63,154 nucleotides of DNA, filler included, from Chiloscyllium plagiosum (GCF_004010195.1; 5 parts of one record of this genome joined end to end with filler, not necessarily neighbours in it); one strand, 5' to 3'; shown: positions 34,889-49,164, counted from the first letter of the whole stretch. The notes: generated by a model not told the origin, from the sequence alone. Translations and numbers: made by a program.

Positions 34889-37387
34889 TATCATCATTCT
34901 TGACAAGCCCCAAAGCACCACAGTGGGCAGTTTATCTAGCATCTCAACAGCTAATGGCTGCCTTCTACACTGAAACTTTAAAAACGTGTGCAACAGAATC
35001 TCATTTCTAGACAAACATCTCACTGATGTCTGTAGGAACTGTCTTCATTGGCTGTGGAATATTTTGAGATGTCCTGGAGGATTAAAAGTTGCGACAATAA
35101 TTCTAAGTCCCTTGTTTACCTTCTTTCCTCACTAACATAATATATATCACTGTTAGATTGTTCTAAGATTCATTGTGTCCCTGACAGCAGCTTCATATTG
35201 ATCATGCAAACATCTTCATTGTTGAGACGTCCACTGAATTACAGACAGCACACATAATCTGTCTTGCATTTACTATTGATGAAATTTGCAAACGTAAAAT
35301 ATAACTTAGGGTGATACAATTAAACATTAATAAGTTCAAGACAGATGACTTGCCGTGACTTCTGAATGCTTGAATTTAATTTTTAAAACTAAAAAGTCAC
35401 ATGTTTTAAAGCTTTGGAAAGGTATCCTGCACAGTGCGTAATTTTTGTAAGTCATGTGTGAGTATTTATATTTTAAGATTTTTAAATTCAATTGCTGTAC
35501 GCTTATTTCTTTGGCTTTATTACAAATATATGTTGCTACTCAGTATTAATTATACCATACATCTGAGAGGTGCCTACGGGTAAATCTAATTATTCAGAAA
35601 CCCATTAAAATAGCATAAAAATATATCTAATAAATGGCGTCTACAATTAATTTCCCTGTGCACTCCACTATATAATTTAAAAACAGTTTGGGCATTCAGC
35701 CATAGTTGACAACAGTCTAAAATTTGCATTAAATGTATAGTCAGAAGTGGTATCTGTGGAAGTACAATTCAAATTCCGTGGTTGTGCAACAAAGGCGACC
35801 CATTGTACCCTCGAGTGTAATGACCTTGCCATGGGTCGTGCAGGCTACCATTTAAAGTCTCAATTTATTTCAATAGATAGACTAATCAGGCAGGTTGTGC
35901 AACAATGGGCAAATCATCTCCCTTCCATTTTGTATCCCTGCTTCAGTTTAATTTTGCAGCCTCCCCTTCTTTTCCTCTTTTCATGAACAATAAATATTTA
36001 TAGCTTACAGGTAAAAATAAGTATCTATTTAACAAGGATTCAAAGGGAATACTCAATTAACATTGTTGCAATTTTTTAAAAGAGCAATTGCCATCTCACC
36101 AGGAAAAGCATGGGAGGACAACATTATTGCTGGAAATAAAACTGAACATTAGAGACATCTACCCAAAGAAATGACTGAAAATGATCATTGTTTCATGATA
36201 CAATTTGGGGTAGATTCAATGGATCAGGCAGATGGGCAGTCAAGATCACCAAGGTCAGTTAGTTGCTCTAGAGTGAACTTCCTAATATTAATTCACAGGT
36301 AACAAGCTGACTGGTGGGTTTTTTTCTAGCACATACGCATGTTGAGTCTTAATGACATTATTGGGACTGGATTACAATTCTTATTCACAGGCTGAATTGG
36401 GAAATAGCAATGAATTTACTCCAAACAGGCAATAAGATACCATTAAGTTTCTTTCCTTGTGGGAGCAGAAAAGAAAGAATGGCTCTTCCAAGGCCCACAA
36501 GAAAATTAACACCTCGCTTTGCCTGTATTCAGCCCTCACTTCTGCCACCCTCCCCGTATCCCTACACCCCTATCCCCTGCACACGTAAACCAGTTGATTG
36601 GGTTAACTTACTTGCTTTTGGTGGATAGTCTGTAAGCCATATAAGTGGCACAGATTTTGATTAAAACCTTCCAGCAAATTCACTGTCCATTCCAATGTTG
36701 GACACTGTTAAATACATATGTGAACTGAGACCAAATCATTAGCTTCATGATTTAGTTATGGATTTCATTTCAGTTTTTAATTTTGAATTATTTCTTACAT
36801 TTTTCACATCTACAGCTATCAGTGATGCTCCGCAATATATTTTCTCGTTAAGAGGAGAACCAGTGCCTATATCTATAGCTTTACTAATTATGTAAGGTGA
36901 ATTGTCCTTTAAGCTTCACATTTTCATGCTGCTAAACTCAATTACTTTCCACCTGAGGCCTACTGTCATGACTCAGTTGAGTTGTGAATCTCACCATGTG
37001 AGACATCACAGCTGCAAAACCATTCCACAGTTCAAGATTTTTGTCATGCTAAGATGCTGTGCAATCAAATTCCAATTCCCTGATATTTATGGTTGTATTT
37101 CTTGAGAAGAGGCAGGAATGGTGTTTAAAATATAAACTGTTATGAGTTGCTCATAACAGAAATACTAAATGATCCTGAAAATCATTCCAATCTGGATCAA
37201 TTAAAATTCACGTCTAATGATCTAGCACAAGTCTGGTGAGCAGCACATATGAATCCAATGAAAATTCTCATTTACCAGACAGGGCAGGAATGTGCTGTAG
37301 ATAAACAGAGTAACAGCAATTGATAGAATCAAACTGACAGCCTGAAATTGCTTTGCAATTGCATTGCATTACATATAAGAAAGACAT

Positions 37388-37577
37388 TGGGGTCGGTTTT
37401 AAATGTACTGACCGGGTGTAAAATTAACATTGTGGATCAGCTTTTTTTATATAGAAAGTGTCCAATTTTTCATTTCTATTGCAGATAATGGAAATAAAAA
37501 TTGAATGGTTTCTATAATGACCAGTCAATCCACAGTGCCAATTTTACGCCTGACTGGCATGTTGAAAATCTATACCA
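37388..37577. mobile_element. Old MITE with ~50-bp imperfect terminal inverted repeats
   Basis: GGGGTCGGTTTT...GGGTGTAAAATTAACATTGTGGAT versus ATCCACAGTGCCAATTTTACGCCTG...GAAAATCTATACC. Confidence 0.55.
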
Positions 37578-38279
37578 TAGATTTAAAGTACAATCTCCAC
37601 AGTTAAGTTTTAGCATGACTGCACCTTCAGAATGTTTTCCTTTACACAAGTACATGGTTCCTGGTACCTTTAAATGGCAATATGATATGTCAGAACAAAC
37701 AATTTAGACACTTTAAAGCCAGATCCTTTATCTTAAAATTATTCATTAATCAAAGTAATATAAGCCTTAGAGATACAATTGTTCCTCCCTGCTCTTTGTT
37801 GTTCAGCACCCACTAGGAAAACAATGACAATTTTGATAATCTTTTGAGCAGAAAAGCAAGACACAATATTTTCTGAACAGTGACAATGCTACGTATATTG
37901 CCCACAAAAAAATGTCTTTAACCTGATACTACTGCACAATTTTTGTGGGATTTTCTGATTTCAGATTTTGCAGAAATGCAGAGCACTCCACCTCTTAGCA
38001 ACTTCATCGAAGTACAGTAGAGCCAGGGAAAGAGAGGACACATCTCCTTCTTCTGGCACAAGCTGTGGTACTGCAACAAGTGTCTACTAGTCTAGACTTT
38101 TAATAATACTATATGAATAAATGAATAGGAAGTCAGTAAATGAATGAGCAATTGCGTTCATTGGTGAGTAGATGAGGGGAGTGGTGAGAGGTAGATAGTT
38201 TAGTAGGTACATGTGTTGAATTTGTGTGTGTGTGTGTGATTGAGAGAGAGAGAGAGGGTGGGTGGGTAACTGAGGTGGA

Positions 38280-38660
38280 TTTTTTAACTCTTGCATTGGA
38301 TGTAGGCATCACCTTTAATGCTGGCATTTGTTGTCCATCATAATTGACTTTAAAATGAATGGCTTGCTAGGCCATTTCAGAGGGCAGTTAGGAATCAACT
38401 ATGGTGCAATGGTCTGGAGTCACATGTAGGCCAGGTCTGATAAGGATGGTAGATTTTCCTTACTAAAGGACATTCGTGAACCAGATGACTTTTCATGGCA
38501 ATTGAGAATAGTTGTATGACCACCACGAGCCTAGCTTTAAGATACAGGTTTTGTTTATTGAATTCAAATTTCACCATCTTCCATGCTGGCGTTCACACGC
38601 ATGTCCCATGAATATTAGCCTGAGCCTCTGGATTAACAACCCAATGACATTACTGTGGAA
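38280..38660 (-). mobile_element. SacSINE1/Deu-type SINE
   Basis: Reverse complement of the core and tail seen at 11800-12085 and 31074-31400. Confidence 0.8.
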
Positions 38661-39002
38661 CAGTCCCAATGCTCTGACTGCAAATTGCCCATCGGAACTT
38701 TAAGCTTTCCAGGAAAACCCCACATAGGTTTGTGCATTAAGACTTGTCCAGGGTTGTTGCACTCATAGTCCACTGTATATCTGCTCACCAATGATGTAGA
38801 GGCTGGTATACCTGGACCAAGACTGAAATAATGCTAAACTCCCCTTTTTCATCATTAACATGCCATCACTTAATTCACCCTTGTAAAAAATAAGATCGGT
38901 GAAACTCAATGCCATACAGAAAAGTTGTGTTTAAATATGGGAATATTCGATTATTTTGGAAGTAATAAACTTATTCCTTGTGCAAAAAAAATGACACATA
39001 TT

Positions 39003-41015
39003 GGCCAGAAATTTCTCTTCTCCAGAATTTTCTCCTCTGTAGATAGAAGGTCGGGATGGGTTGGAACAGCATAAGGGACTACCTGCATGTGTTCCTCTCA
39101 GCTCAGTACATTTGCATGCACAGGGAAAATGCCAGATTTTATAGGCAGGAAACGCTGAAGCCTGCAGAGATTTTCCAAGCTCCAACACTTGAGCATCATA
39201 TTTAACAAATACCCCAGCAGCATTGCACTGTATGCTACCCAGAAGTGAGATTCAAGCTCTGCTCCCTACATCCATACACCCCAGGAATTGTCAAAGCCCA
39301 GGAAAAAAGGAGTTACCTTGCTTTAGTGACCTTCCTAGATATTCTCCTGCAGGCTGTCCTGGAAAGAAGGAAAGTATTTTTTTTCCCCCCATGAGTGGCA
39401 ATATGAAGCCATCTGCATTGATGAAGGCAGTCTAGATAGACATTGCTGTAGAGATCAGTGCCCATGCACAGCTTAGGAAAACTGTGCTGCAAAAGGATAA
39501 AGGATTTGTCGCACTCTGCCAGGGTGGGAACCACCATCTCCTCATAGTTCTATTCTTTGAGTTCACAATATAAGCTTGCTATTCCACACATCTACAACAC
39601 AAGATGTTGGACACAAAATATCTCCATCAGATTATTCATGTTACTTCATTGCAGCCACCAAGGTAGCTTGACTGGCTCCACAAGGATACTGTCTCACAAA
39701 CATCTGCCATGGTTCATACATAAAACATAAAAGGAGCTAGAACACTAAGCAAGTTGGCCACCATTAGTTCACTGACCTTTCATCACAAGTAGGGGCACAT
39801 ACACATCTGATCATTTTTCTCCTTTCATGGGACAAGGAACCAGCCCCAAAAGGTGGCATTGAGTTCAGCTCAGCTTGCCTGTTCTGGACATGTTTGCTGG
39901 CATCAGCCAGTCTGGCTGCCTCACTTGGACAGGCTTGTTGGCCCAGTCAAACTTCACTCCTAATACAGCAAGTGTTTAACAATGAGGGGGCAGACTATAC
40001 CTAACTGAGACTTCCCATGAGCTGATCAAAATGGAGAAGGTCACTCTTAACACTGTTAGCAAATTCTCCAAGAAGTGGCTTGGTTATGAAGGACCCAAGC
40101 AACTGAAGAACCTTGCACCCTCTGAAGCTCAATGAACAATGTTAATCCCAGCAGGTAAACACCTGTTATAGATTGTCATATTTGTGAACAGACTTGTTTC
40201 CCATTTTGGCTAACAAAATTGTGCCCACAGTGTAATTCTAGAAAGCTGAAATTGTTAATATGTATTCATGGAACTGTGATCAATCAAAACATTTTAGGAA
40301 ACCCAACCCACCTGAAAGTTGTGGAGAACTTAATAGCAAAATCAGGTGGTAAAGAACAATTTAAGTGTGGGATCAGGAATGTCTTGTTGCAATTGTTCAA
40401 GACCTTAGTGAGCTCTCAGAACTTTGAGTGTATGTTTTGCTTTCATTATCTGAGAAAGAATGTTCTGGCTATGAAGGAAATGCAACAAAGGTTTACCAGA
40501 CTAATTCCTGGGATGGCAGGATTAACATCTGATGAGACATTGGATCAGCTGAGACTAAATTCACTGGAATTTAGAAGAATGAGGGGGAAATCTCATAGAA
40601 GATGTTCTTGAGGACTAAGGAATCCAGAACCAAGGATAACATATTAAGAATATGGCATAGACCATTTAGGACTAAGAGGAGGAAACATTTCTTCATCCAG
40701 AGGGTGGTGAGCTTGTGGAATTTACTTCCCTGGAAAGCAGTTAAGGCCAAAACATTAAATGTTTTCAAGAAGATGTTAGATATAATTCTTAGGGCTAAAG
40801 GAACAAAAGGCTTGGTGAGAAAGTGGGCAATAGCGTACTGACCTGCCATGAACAGGCCTGAAGAAACAAATGGCCTATTCCTGCCATTATTTGCTATATA
40901 ATTATGATTCTAAAAGTTTAATTCACCATTAGGAAACTGATTTTTTGCCTGCTGTCCAATTAAGATCCTCTACCTGTTCTTGTAAAGTTTCAGGTAGGCG
41001 TGGAAAATTCCACCC
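39003..41015 (+). mobile_element. Decayed Harbinger-like element with a Myb/SANT (trihelix) gene remnant at ~39310-39515
   Basis: PCFSD..LDILLQAVLERRKVFF...*IDIAVEISA...RKT.CCKRIKDL. Candidate ends GGCCAGAAATT / GGAAAATTCCACCC; boundaries uncertain. Confidence 0.55.
40360..40900 (+). mobile_element. CR1 3' fragment
   Basis: LLQLFKTLVS...QQRFTRLIPGM...FFIQRVVSLWNLLP. Confidence 0.88.
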
Positions 41016-41146
41016 ATCATTTGTTATGACAGCTGTGCATGCATGAGACTTTGTCTGACATTTACTATGGTCATTAAAAACTCCAATTAAAAAATATACA
41101 TTCCAAAGATAAAAAGGTGTTCGTGGGTATGAATTAACTAGATCAT

Positions 41147-43332
41147 AGTGAGTTTTGAGACGATTTGTAGCTCAGGTTGAGGTTCTGTATGTAGGTTTGC
41201 TCGCAGAGCAGGAAAGTTCAGGTTCAGGTTCAGACATTTTGTCACCATACTAGGTAACATCATCAGTGAGCCTCTGCATGAAGTACAGGTGATATGGCCC
41301 CACTTTTTATTTATGTGCTTAGGTTTCCATGGGTTGATGACCTCATTTCCTGTCGTGATATAATTTCCTGTTCTTTTTCTCAGGGGGTGGTAAATGGGAT
41401 CCAAGTCGATGTGTTTGTTGATAGAGTTCTGGTTGGAATGTCATGCTTCAAGGAATTCACGCGCATGTCTCTGTTTGGCCTGTCCTAGGATGGATGTGTT
41501 CTCCCATTCGAAGTGATGTCCTTCCTTATCTGTATGTAAAGATACTAGTGAGAGTGGGTCATGTCCTTTTGTGGTTAGTTGTTGTCAATGTATCCTGGTG
41601 GCTAGTTTTCTGTCTGTTTGTCTAATGTAGTGTTTGTTACAGTTCTTACAAGTTATTATGTAAATGACATTAGTTTTGCTTGTTGTCTGTATAGGGTCAT
41701 TTAAGTTTATTAACTGCTGTTTTAGTGTGTTGGTGTTTTTGTAGGCTACCATGATGCCAAGAGGTATGAGTAGTCTGGCAGTCATTTCTGAGATGTCTTT
41801 GACATAGGGGAGAGTGATTAATATTGTCTACTTGTTTGGGTTTGTTGCTGAGAAATTGATGGACTGTGTTTATTGGGTACCCTTTTTTTAATAAACTGTA
41901 TAGGTGATTTTTCCTCTGCTCTGCGTAGTTCCTCTGTGCTACAGTGTGTGGTGGCTCATTGAAATAATGTTCTAATGCAGTTTCATTTGTGGGCTTTGGG
42001 ATGATTGCTTCTGTAGTTCAGTATTTGGTCCATATGTGTTGTTTTTCTGTAGACTCTGGTTTGAAGTTCCCCATTGGTTGTTTGCTCTACTGTGACATCT
42101 AGGAAAGGTAGTTTGTTGTTGTTTTCCTCCTCTTACTTATGCCAGTAAGGATATTATTGATAGTCTTGAAGGTTTCCTCTAATTTGTTTCATTTAGTGAT
42201 GACAAAGGTGTCATCCACATAGCTGACCCAAAGTTTGGGTTGGATGGTTGATAGAGCTGTTTGTTTGAGTCTCGGCATTACTGTCTCTGCTAAGAACTCT
42301 GATATCAGAGATCCCATGGGTGTTCCATCAGTTTGTCTGTAGGTTTTGTTGTTGAAGGTGAAGTTGGTGGGAAGACATAGGTCCACTAAACTTGACAATA
42401 TTGTCCTTGCTAATGAAGTTGGTGGTGTTTGTGTACGTGTCTTTGGCTCTTCTAATAATGTAGTCTGTGTTTCCTTGGCCAGGTTGATGTTGATGGATGT
42501 GAATAGGGCTGTTACATCAATGGAGACCATTAGTTCATCCTTTTCTATCTTGGTGTCTTTGATGGTCTTCAGGAATTCTTGGGTGGAGTGGATGGAGTGG
42601 TGTAAGTCTTCTACTAAGTGTTTTAGTCTTTGTTGTAGCTCCTTGACTAATCTCTAAGTTGGTGTTCCAGGTAACAAGACTATGGGTCTAGGTGGGGGGG
42701 ATTCCTGGTTTGTGAGTTTTGGGTAATCTGTAGAAGTGTGGTGTGTTGGATCTACCTGGTTTCATTTTTTGGAACTCTTATTTATTTCTCCAGATTTCTG
42801 AAGTTTTTTGAGTAAGGCTGTGATTTGATTCTCTATTGGGGTCAAATCTATCACCAGTCGTTGGTCAGTGTTGGCACCTGCAAGCAGTACGTTCACTTTC
42901 TCAATGTAGTCTCTTTGATTTAGAATGACTGTAAAGCATCCTTTGTCTACAGATAGGATAACAATGTTTTCATTTTTTTAGTCCTTCTAGTGCTTTCCGT
43001 TCTTGTGTCCCACTTCGACTGGAACAACACATCCATCCAAGGACATGCCAAACAGAGACAAGCACGAGAATTCATAGATGCATGGCATTCTAACCGGAAC
43101 TCTATCAACAAATGCATTGACTTGCATCCCATTTACCACTCCCTGAGAAAAAGAACAGGAAATGACATCACCACAGGGAATGACGTCACCAATGCAAGGA
43201 AACCTAAACACATAAATAACAAAGCGGGCCATACCACCAGTGCTTCATCCGGAGGCTCACTGATGATGTTACCTAGTATGGTGACAAAACGTCTGAACCT
43301 GAACCTTCCAGCTCAGCGAGAAAACCTATAAA
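41147..43332 (-). mobile_element. Penelope-like retroelement (RT plus GIY-YIG endonuclease), 5'-truncated with an inverted pseudo-LTR
   Basis: VSIDVTALFT...YRQTDGTPMGS...YVDDTF (RT); NVIYIITCKNCNKHYIRQT (GIY-YIG). Segment 42990-43330 is an inverted copy of ~41190-41530. TSD TAGATCAT. Confidence 0.93.
43255..43298 (+). ncRNA. Hammerhead motif in the Penelope pseudo-LTR (family D; GAAA mutated to AAAA)
   Basis: TCA-CTGATGA-T-GTTACC-TAGTAT-GGTGAC-AAAA-CGTC-TGA; mirror copy at ~41229-41272 (-). Confidence 0.7.
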
Positions 43333-45179
43333 TAGATCATGTTTAGGCTACTTAATAAAACTTGACATCAAAATGATGAAATATTTGTACTCAGTAACTG
43401 ATCCTACGATTAACATCCTATATTATTCACTGTAATATTCAATGAACAAGCAAAGTGCAATAGATAGCAAGAAATATCTGAGGGTGGAATTGTCCATTTC
43501 ATCATCCTGCAGTAAAGAAATAATGTAGATGGTGTGTGTAGACTTTTAACATGGGGATTAGGTCATGCTAAGCTTTTCAATAGGTCTTCAGGATTTTGAA
43601 ATGATGTCCTTTATGTTACTTGTAACATATTTGTTTTACAGTGCTAAGTTAGATAACTATTCCTTGAACATTTATTTACTTCTTAAGATTCTCAAGAAGG
43701 GTCCTATTGAACTTGAATCAATAAATCTGTTTCTGTTTTCAAAAATGTTGCCAGGTTTGTTGAGTTTCCCCAGTATGTTCTGTTTTTATTTCAATTATCC
43801 AGCATTTGCAACAATTTGCTCTTATTTTCTATTTATAGTGTGTAATATTTTTAAGAAAACATTTTGTTAACCGAAGTCATGTTGCTTTTGTATTTCTCTT
43901 ACCCTTGAAACATCAACACTTGTACACATCAAACCTCAATTACATTAAGGCAACAGATAGTGTTCTGGACCTTTGGTATTCCCATTGTATTTTGTAATGG
44001 GAGAATAAGGTTAGTTCTGTTCCATTACTGTCTCTACCATCATAGATTAAATAAATTAAAATGCCATCATCATAATCAGTAAGAAGAGTATTATATGGAC
44101 AGCAATGAGGCTGCTATGTTTCCTAAACCACTTAAGATCCATACCCATTACTTTCAAGTTCATAGCAGATCTGATTTATTGGCTCTCGTTGTCAGGAATT
44201 TGTCAAGAAAATGACATATGCCGATAGCAATCACACCAGTATCACACTTCAATTAAGGTAATGAGCAAATGGATAATGATCTCATTGGAAACAAGATTAG
44301 AGAAGCTCTCAATGTCACTTTTACTGTGAACAGATATGCATAATTTACTACAAACAAATTGCTCTGCATGGGCTAAATATTACAAAATATATTATTAATT
44401 GAAGTGTTTCCATTAATTAATAAGGAATCCTTTGAACAAATTAACTATAATAGATTTCAAAAACACTTTGAGGCATTAAAGTCATTCATGACCAAAAATA
44501 TGTATCTTAACTGAATGATAATGTTGTTAGATTAAATTACATTGAGACCTTTCATTGACGAATCATGTTGCTTCAATATCCACACTTAAAACCAATTCAT
44601 ACTGATTTACTTTCTTTGTAAACGGTTTATTTCCTCTAAAGAGTTAGGTAGTTACTATTGACCAGCATCACCAACGCAACAATTTTGCTTTCAAATATTG
44701 GTAGAAAATCAATGTCTTTTGTTCTACTGCCCTCTATTGTCAATCATAAAAATCAGTTCACTTCTGTTTGTAAAAAAAGCAACAGTAACAGAAGGCAGAA
44801 TCTTCTACCTTCGTTGCTGCTGTAACAAGACGTCCATTTTCAGATTTGGAGACGGACCACCTGCAAAGTACACCCAGCAATTGCTCTTTGACAAAACCAC
44901 CAAATGACTTTGTATTTCATGGTTCACTGACTAATTAAGGAGGAAGGATAGGATGCACCTGCCTCAGCTTCCTGAGGCATTGATGCTCAGATGCATTGAG
45001 ATAGGAATTAGTTATTTAAAAACAAATCATCTAATTAAATACATAAATAATGTTACATTGCAGGGCAGTTGGTGTGTCATAAATGTAACATCTGGATATT
45101 TACAGGCAGCTATATCAGCACGCAGTGCTTGCAGATTTCACCTGTCTGCTCAGCGTATTGAGTACTGTGGAATATTTAT

Positions 45180-46720
45180 TTTTCAACCTTGGTCACCTTA
45201 TAAACACGTCGGTATAATGGCAATTCCATCTAAACCATTTCTCTATATTTATGCCATGAGTCGATCAAGACGGTTTCATGCATGGAGATTGAGGCGGTTA
45301 CCTACTTTCAAAAGAGGTTAGCAACTTTTGGAAGAAAACCCATAACACCAAGTCATATAATTATTAGAACAAATATCACGAAAGAGGCAGCACATGAGTT
45401 ATGAACAGATTAAATTCTTGAGTCCCCTTTCAAGTTGATTTGTACTCAAGTCCGAACAGCAAAGTAGGACAATATAAAGTAACTGTTTTTAAGTTCAGGA
45501 AATGTCAAAATTACATTCCTGCATGGGATCATGTTCGTATCTACAAGTATCTGTAAGTTGAATATTTGTAAATTGGGAATTCCCAATAAAATGATATGTC
45601 ATCTTTGGAAAATGTGAATCAACCATTTCTAGGTATAATAAGTAAACCATCTGAACTAGATATGACACAGATCTCACAGTTTAACGGTGGCCCAACTAAT
45701 TTTAAACTTGACACTGGGGCAAGAGTTACTGGGAAAACAAAATCCATTGAGGAGTATAAAACTGTAATCTTTTCACAGTTAACTGTATGGTGCAGGCAAA
45801 GTACTGTTCAACATAAAATGGATTCTACAAGCTATTCTTAAAATATAGAGATCTATATGGAAAATGTGTACATCATGAAAATTCAACACTTCAACACAAG
45901 CAGAAAAGTGTGCTTTATTCTTAAAATAATATAGTATGTTGAAGAATTTCAACAAGCTCTGAAGTCAAATAGCAGTGATTGCTTTAACTTTCATCAACAA
46001 GATGAAGATTTCATAGGTCTCTGATGAATGTTCTCTGAACTAGAGTAAATATAAGCCACTCGATTGAAATATGTTTTATCCCAAAAACTCTGCAAGATTG
46101 AGAGATCAGATGATACCCCTGATTTTACTGTGTAAGAACTATTTAATTGCCTTCCAGTGAAAGACAAATCTTCAAAATTTGATTATTGAATAGATTAGAA
46201 CCACCAGGGGTTAGTAGTAGACTGTTGTTGCGGCCATTTGAACTGTTCAGCAGTAGTACCAAAGCAGTTCAGTAAGCTTTACTGTCCATGATTGAACTTC
46301 AAAAAATGATAATGCTATCAACAGTATATGTTCAGGAATGGAAGATTCACATTCCAGTCTAATTCATTACAACTTCAAAAGGAGAAGATTACTTCATTCA
46401 GAAACGTAGATAATTTTGGTCCCATGATTTGATGAAATTAACAATCCTCTGAGGAAAACAAATATGCAGCATTGCAGAAGGAAATCTAGAAATTAAAGTC
46501 ATTAATATTCCAGGAGAGCAATGAATTTGAAGTGAATGGTTTGTTGACAAGCAGCAACCTTCCAAAGCAAACACATAATTGTCATTTATAAAGTCAGGGA
46601 CCTTGGTGGGGGTGAGGGATAAGTTAGTGGTAAACCTACTTTACTTATTTGAAAAAATCATGGGACCGAATGGGGTAGACTATTGTATAAGACAGCTAGT
46701 ATCTGAAAGGATTGATTGAT
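45180..46720 (+). mobile_element. Highly decayed, internally deleted Ty3/Gypsy LTR-retrotransposon internal region
   Basis: Protease FNGGPTNFKLDTGARVT (~45680-45730). Gag-like AWRLRR upstream and integrase-like PW...LFE...VDY near 46600-46690. Confidence 0.6.
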
Positions 46721-46815
46721 ACCATGAGATAAGCTCCACCCAGCGGGATATACAATACTAATCCTAGTGGAGCTAGCCAGTTTTGTTCTGTCCTAGTAGT
46801 TATACCAGTTCTACC

Positions 46816-47050
46816 GGGGCGGCACGGTGGCACAGTGGTTAGTACTGCTGCCTCACAGCGCTAGAGACCCGGGTTCAATTCCCGCCTCAGGCGACTGACT
46901 GTGTGGAGTTTGCACATTCTCCCCGTGTCTGCGTGGGTTTCCTCCGGGTGCTCCGGTTTCCTCCCACAGTCCAAAGATGTGNNNNNNNNNNGTGGACTTG
47001 TTGGGCCGAAGGGCCTGTTTCCACACTGTAAGTAATCTAATCTAATCTAA
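46816..47050 (+). mobile_element. Young HE1-type V-SINE (collapsed gap inside)
   Basis: GGGGCGGCACGGTGGCACAGTGGTTAG...GGGTTCAATTCCC; (TCTAA)n tail; TTCTA flanks. Confidence 0.92.
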
Positions 47051-47069
47051 TTCTAATTTAGCAAGCAGG

Positions 47070-47493
47070 TAAAAACAATGACTGCAGATGCTGGAAACCA
47101 GATTCTGGATTAGTGGTGCAGGAAGAGTACAGCAGTTCAGACAGCATCCAAGGAGCTTCGAAATCAATGTTTCGGGAATAAAGGCAGCGAGTCTGAAGCG
47201 TGGAGAGATAAGCTAGGGGAGGNNNNNNNNNNNNNNNNNNNNNNNNNNNNNNNNNNNNNNNNNNNNTTAATTAATTAANNNNNNNNNNNNNNNNNNNNNN
47301 NNNNNNNNNNNNNNNNNNNNNNCTCCCATTTATCTCTCCACCCTGGAGGCTTCCTGCCTCTATTCCTGATGAAGGGCTTTTGCCTGAAACATTGAGTTTC
47401 CTGTTTCTCGGATGCTGCCTGACCAGCTATGCTTTTCCAGCACCATTCTGATCTAAACTCTGGTTTCCAGCATCTGCAGTCCTCACTTTTGCC
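47070..47493. mobile_element. Inverted-arm Penelope-derived insert (family A), gap in centre
   Basis: Left arm matches 870-1030. Right arm has CTGATGAAGGGCTTTTGCCTGAAAC and the CAGCATCTGCAGTC tail. Confidence 0.8.
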
Positions 47494-47499
47494 ACGAAT

Positions 47500-48980
47500 C
47501 TATTGGGGACCTACCTCAGTCTCCGGCCTCTGTATTTATGCAGGGTAAGCTGCTGACATGGGCACAAGCAGCATAGATGAGCACTCTGGTACAAGGCTTG
47601 TGAAGTGAGAAGATAATGTGAGAAGGTGAGGATTCTAACATGCTCTCAGAACCTTCAGCCTCCTCACCAACCTCCACAGGACTACATTAGTGATCAGGTG
47701 GGATAGCTGGGCCCTGCATGTTAGGATATAGCAGTCATCCAGTAACTGTTATGTAAATGTACAGTAGAGGGACCATTGCTCCTCATTTATCCCATGCATG
47801 TCAGTGTTTATACGCTGAGCAGATTGGTTCAGGCAAACGAGTGAGTGTTGTACCCTATGTAGGAAATTCTGCTGCTCTAGCATCTACTGCATGTGTCTAT
47901 CCATAAGCTCAGTCACTGTCTCAAGGATGGAGCTCATGTACTCAAGCACCTGAGACAAGGTTGAGCTCGTCAACATGATGGAGTTGTGAGCAGAGTGTGG
48001 GCTGGCCAGATGTGATGCTGCCTCCTCAGGTATCTTCCCTCCTGCTCCTGATGCTCAAGGCATGAGGTGAACTGAACAATTGCCACTGGGGACCTGTGTG
48101 AAACACAGGCAGAGATAATGGGATTTAGTCCTTTACATTGTGAGACCATGATACCTATCATTGCCTTTAACCACAACTCCAGCACCCTCATCATGCAATC
48201 GATTCTTCTCATTCCTTCACATACTAATATCCCAATGAATTTAGCGAACTAACAAGATTACCTCATCCAACATTGTAGAGTTTCGAAGTGCCAGTGCCAC
48301 ATCCTTCAGCATCTGTGACAGGTGATGGTCTGTGCTTGAACAAACAAAACAGGCATCATTGCTACCTCCATGACTGACTCTATCATGATTCAAGCCCAAT
48401 CTGGATCATCTCCTTGACAACTTACCTTGCCACAGGGTTTGGAACCTCTTTCTGCACTGAATCTGAGATCTGCTATGGTCTCCTCTTGGCTCATAATGGT
48501 GATCTCCTGCCATGTCCTTTTGCTTACTGTGGGTGAGTTCCACTGGCCAATGTGTCATGGCATCTCTGAACCTCCTCAACCACAGTCTGGAGGTATTAGT
48601 CACTGGCGCACCATGCAGCCCCTCGTACTTCTGTTCCATTTGTTCTTCTTTGTGACATTCTGGCATGACAAATAGAAGAAACACTGGCACACAAGGCTTC
48701 CAGCTTTGATTAAATTCACACAGAACATGCATCTGATTATGTACACAAACAATGTTCTGTAGCTCATGATATTGGGGATGGTCTTGGGAGGGGTGGAGGG
48801 GAATGTGCTGCACAAATACAGAGTAGCTAGCATCTGGTCCTGTCCAGCTGGCATGTTGGTCTCCAAAATACAAAGTATTTTCTGAACTGCTCCCTCTGAC
48901 TCATGCTGTTATTCTAAAACATTGCACAGTGGTGAGAGTTCTCGACAAGGCTAAATTTCATGGATACATATTGAGGTGGA
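47500..48980 (-). mobile_element. Decayed Harbinger-associated Myb/SANT-like gene remnant
   Basis: Minus-strand RSQIQCRKRFQTL (~48430-48470) fits R[ST]..QCRKRF.DL. The rest is weak. Confidence 0.4.
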
Positions 48981-49164
48981 AAGAGGGTAGGTACAAAGGT
49001 AAAGATTTTGCTGTCTATCAATCAGCCCCTGTGGCCCATGGTAAATTGAGTCAATATATATGTTGTGAGCAGCTGATGGTGCCAAGATGCTAGCACCATG
49101 GCTGTGGTTTGTGAAGCATTGACTTTGTAGAATGTACTGGTTCTTAATACAAATATACCAATTA

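Noticed and set aside
38222..38256. (TG)n(AG)n microsatellite
   Set aside because: Ordinary simple repeat.
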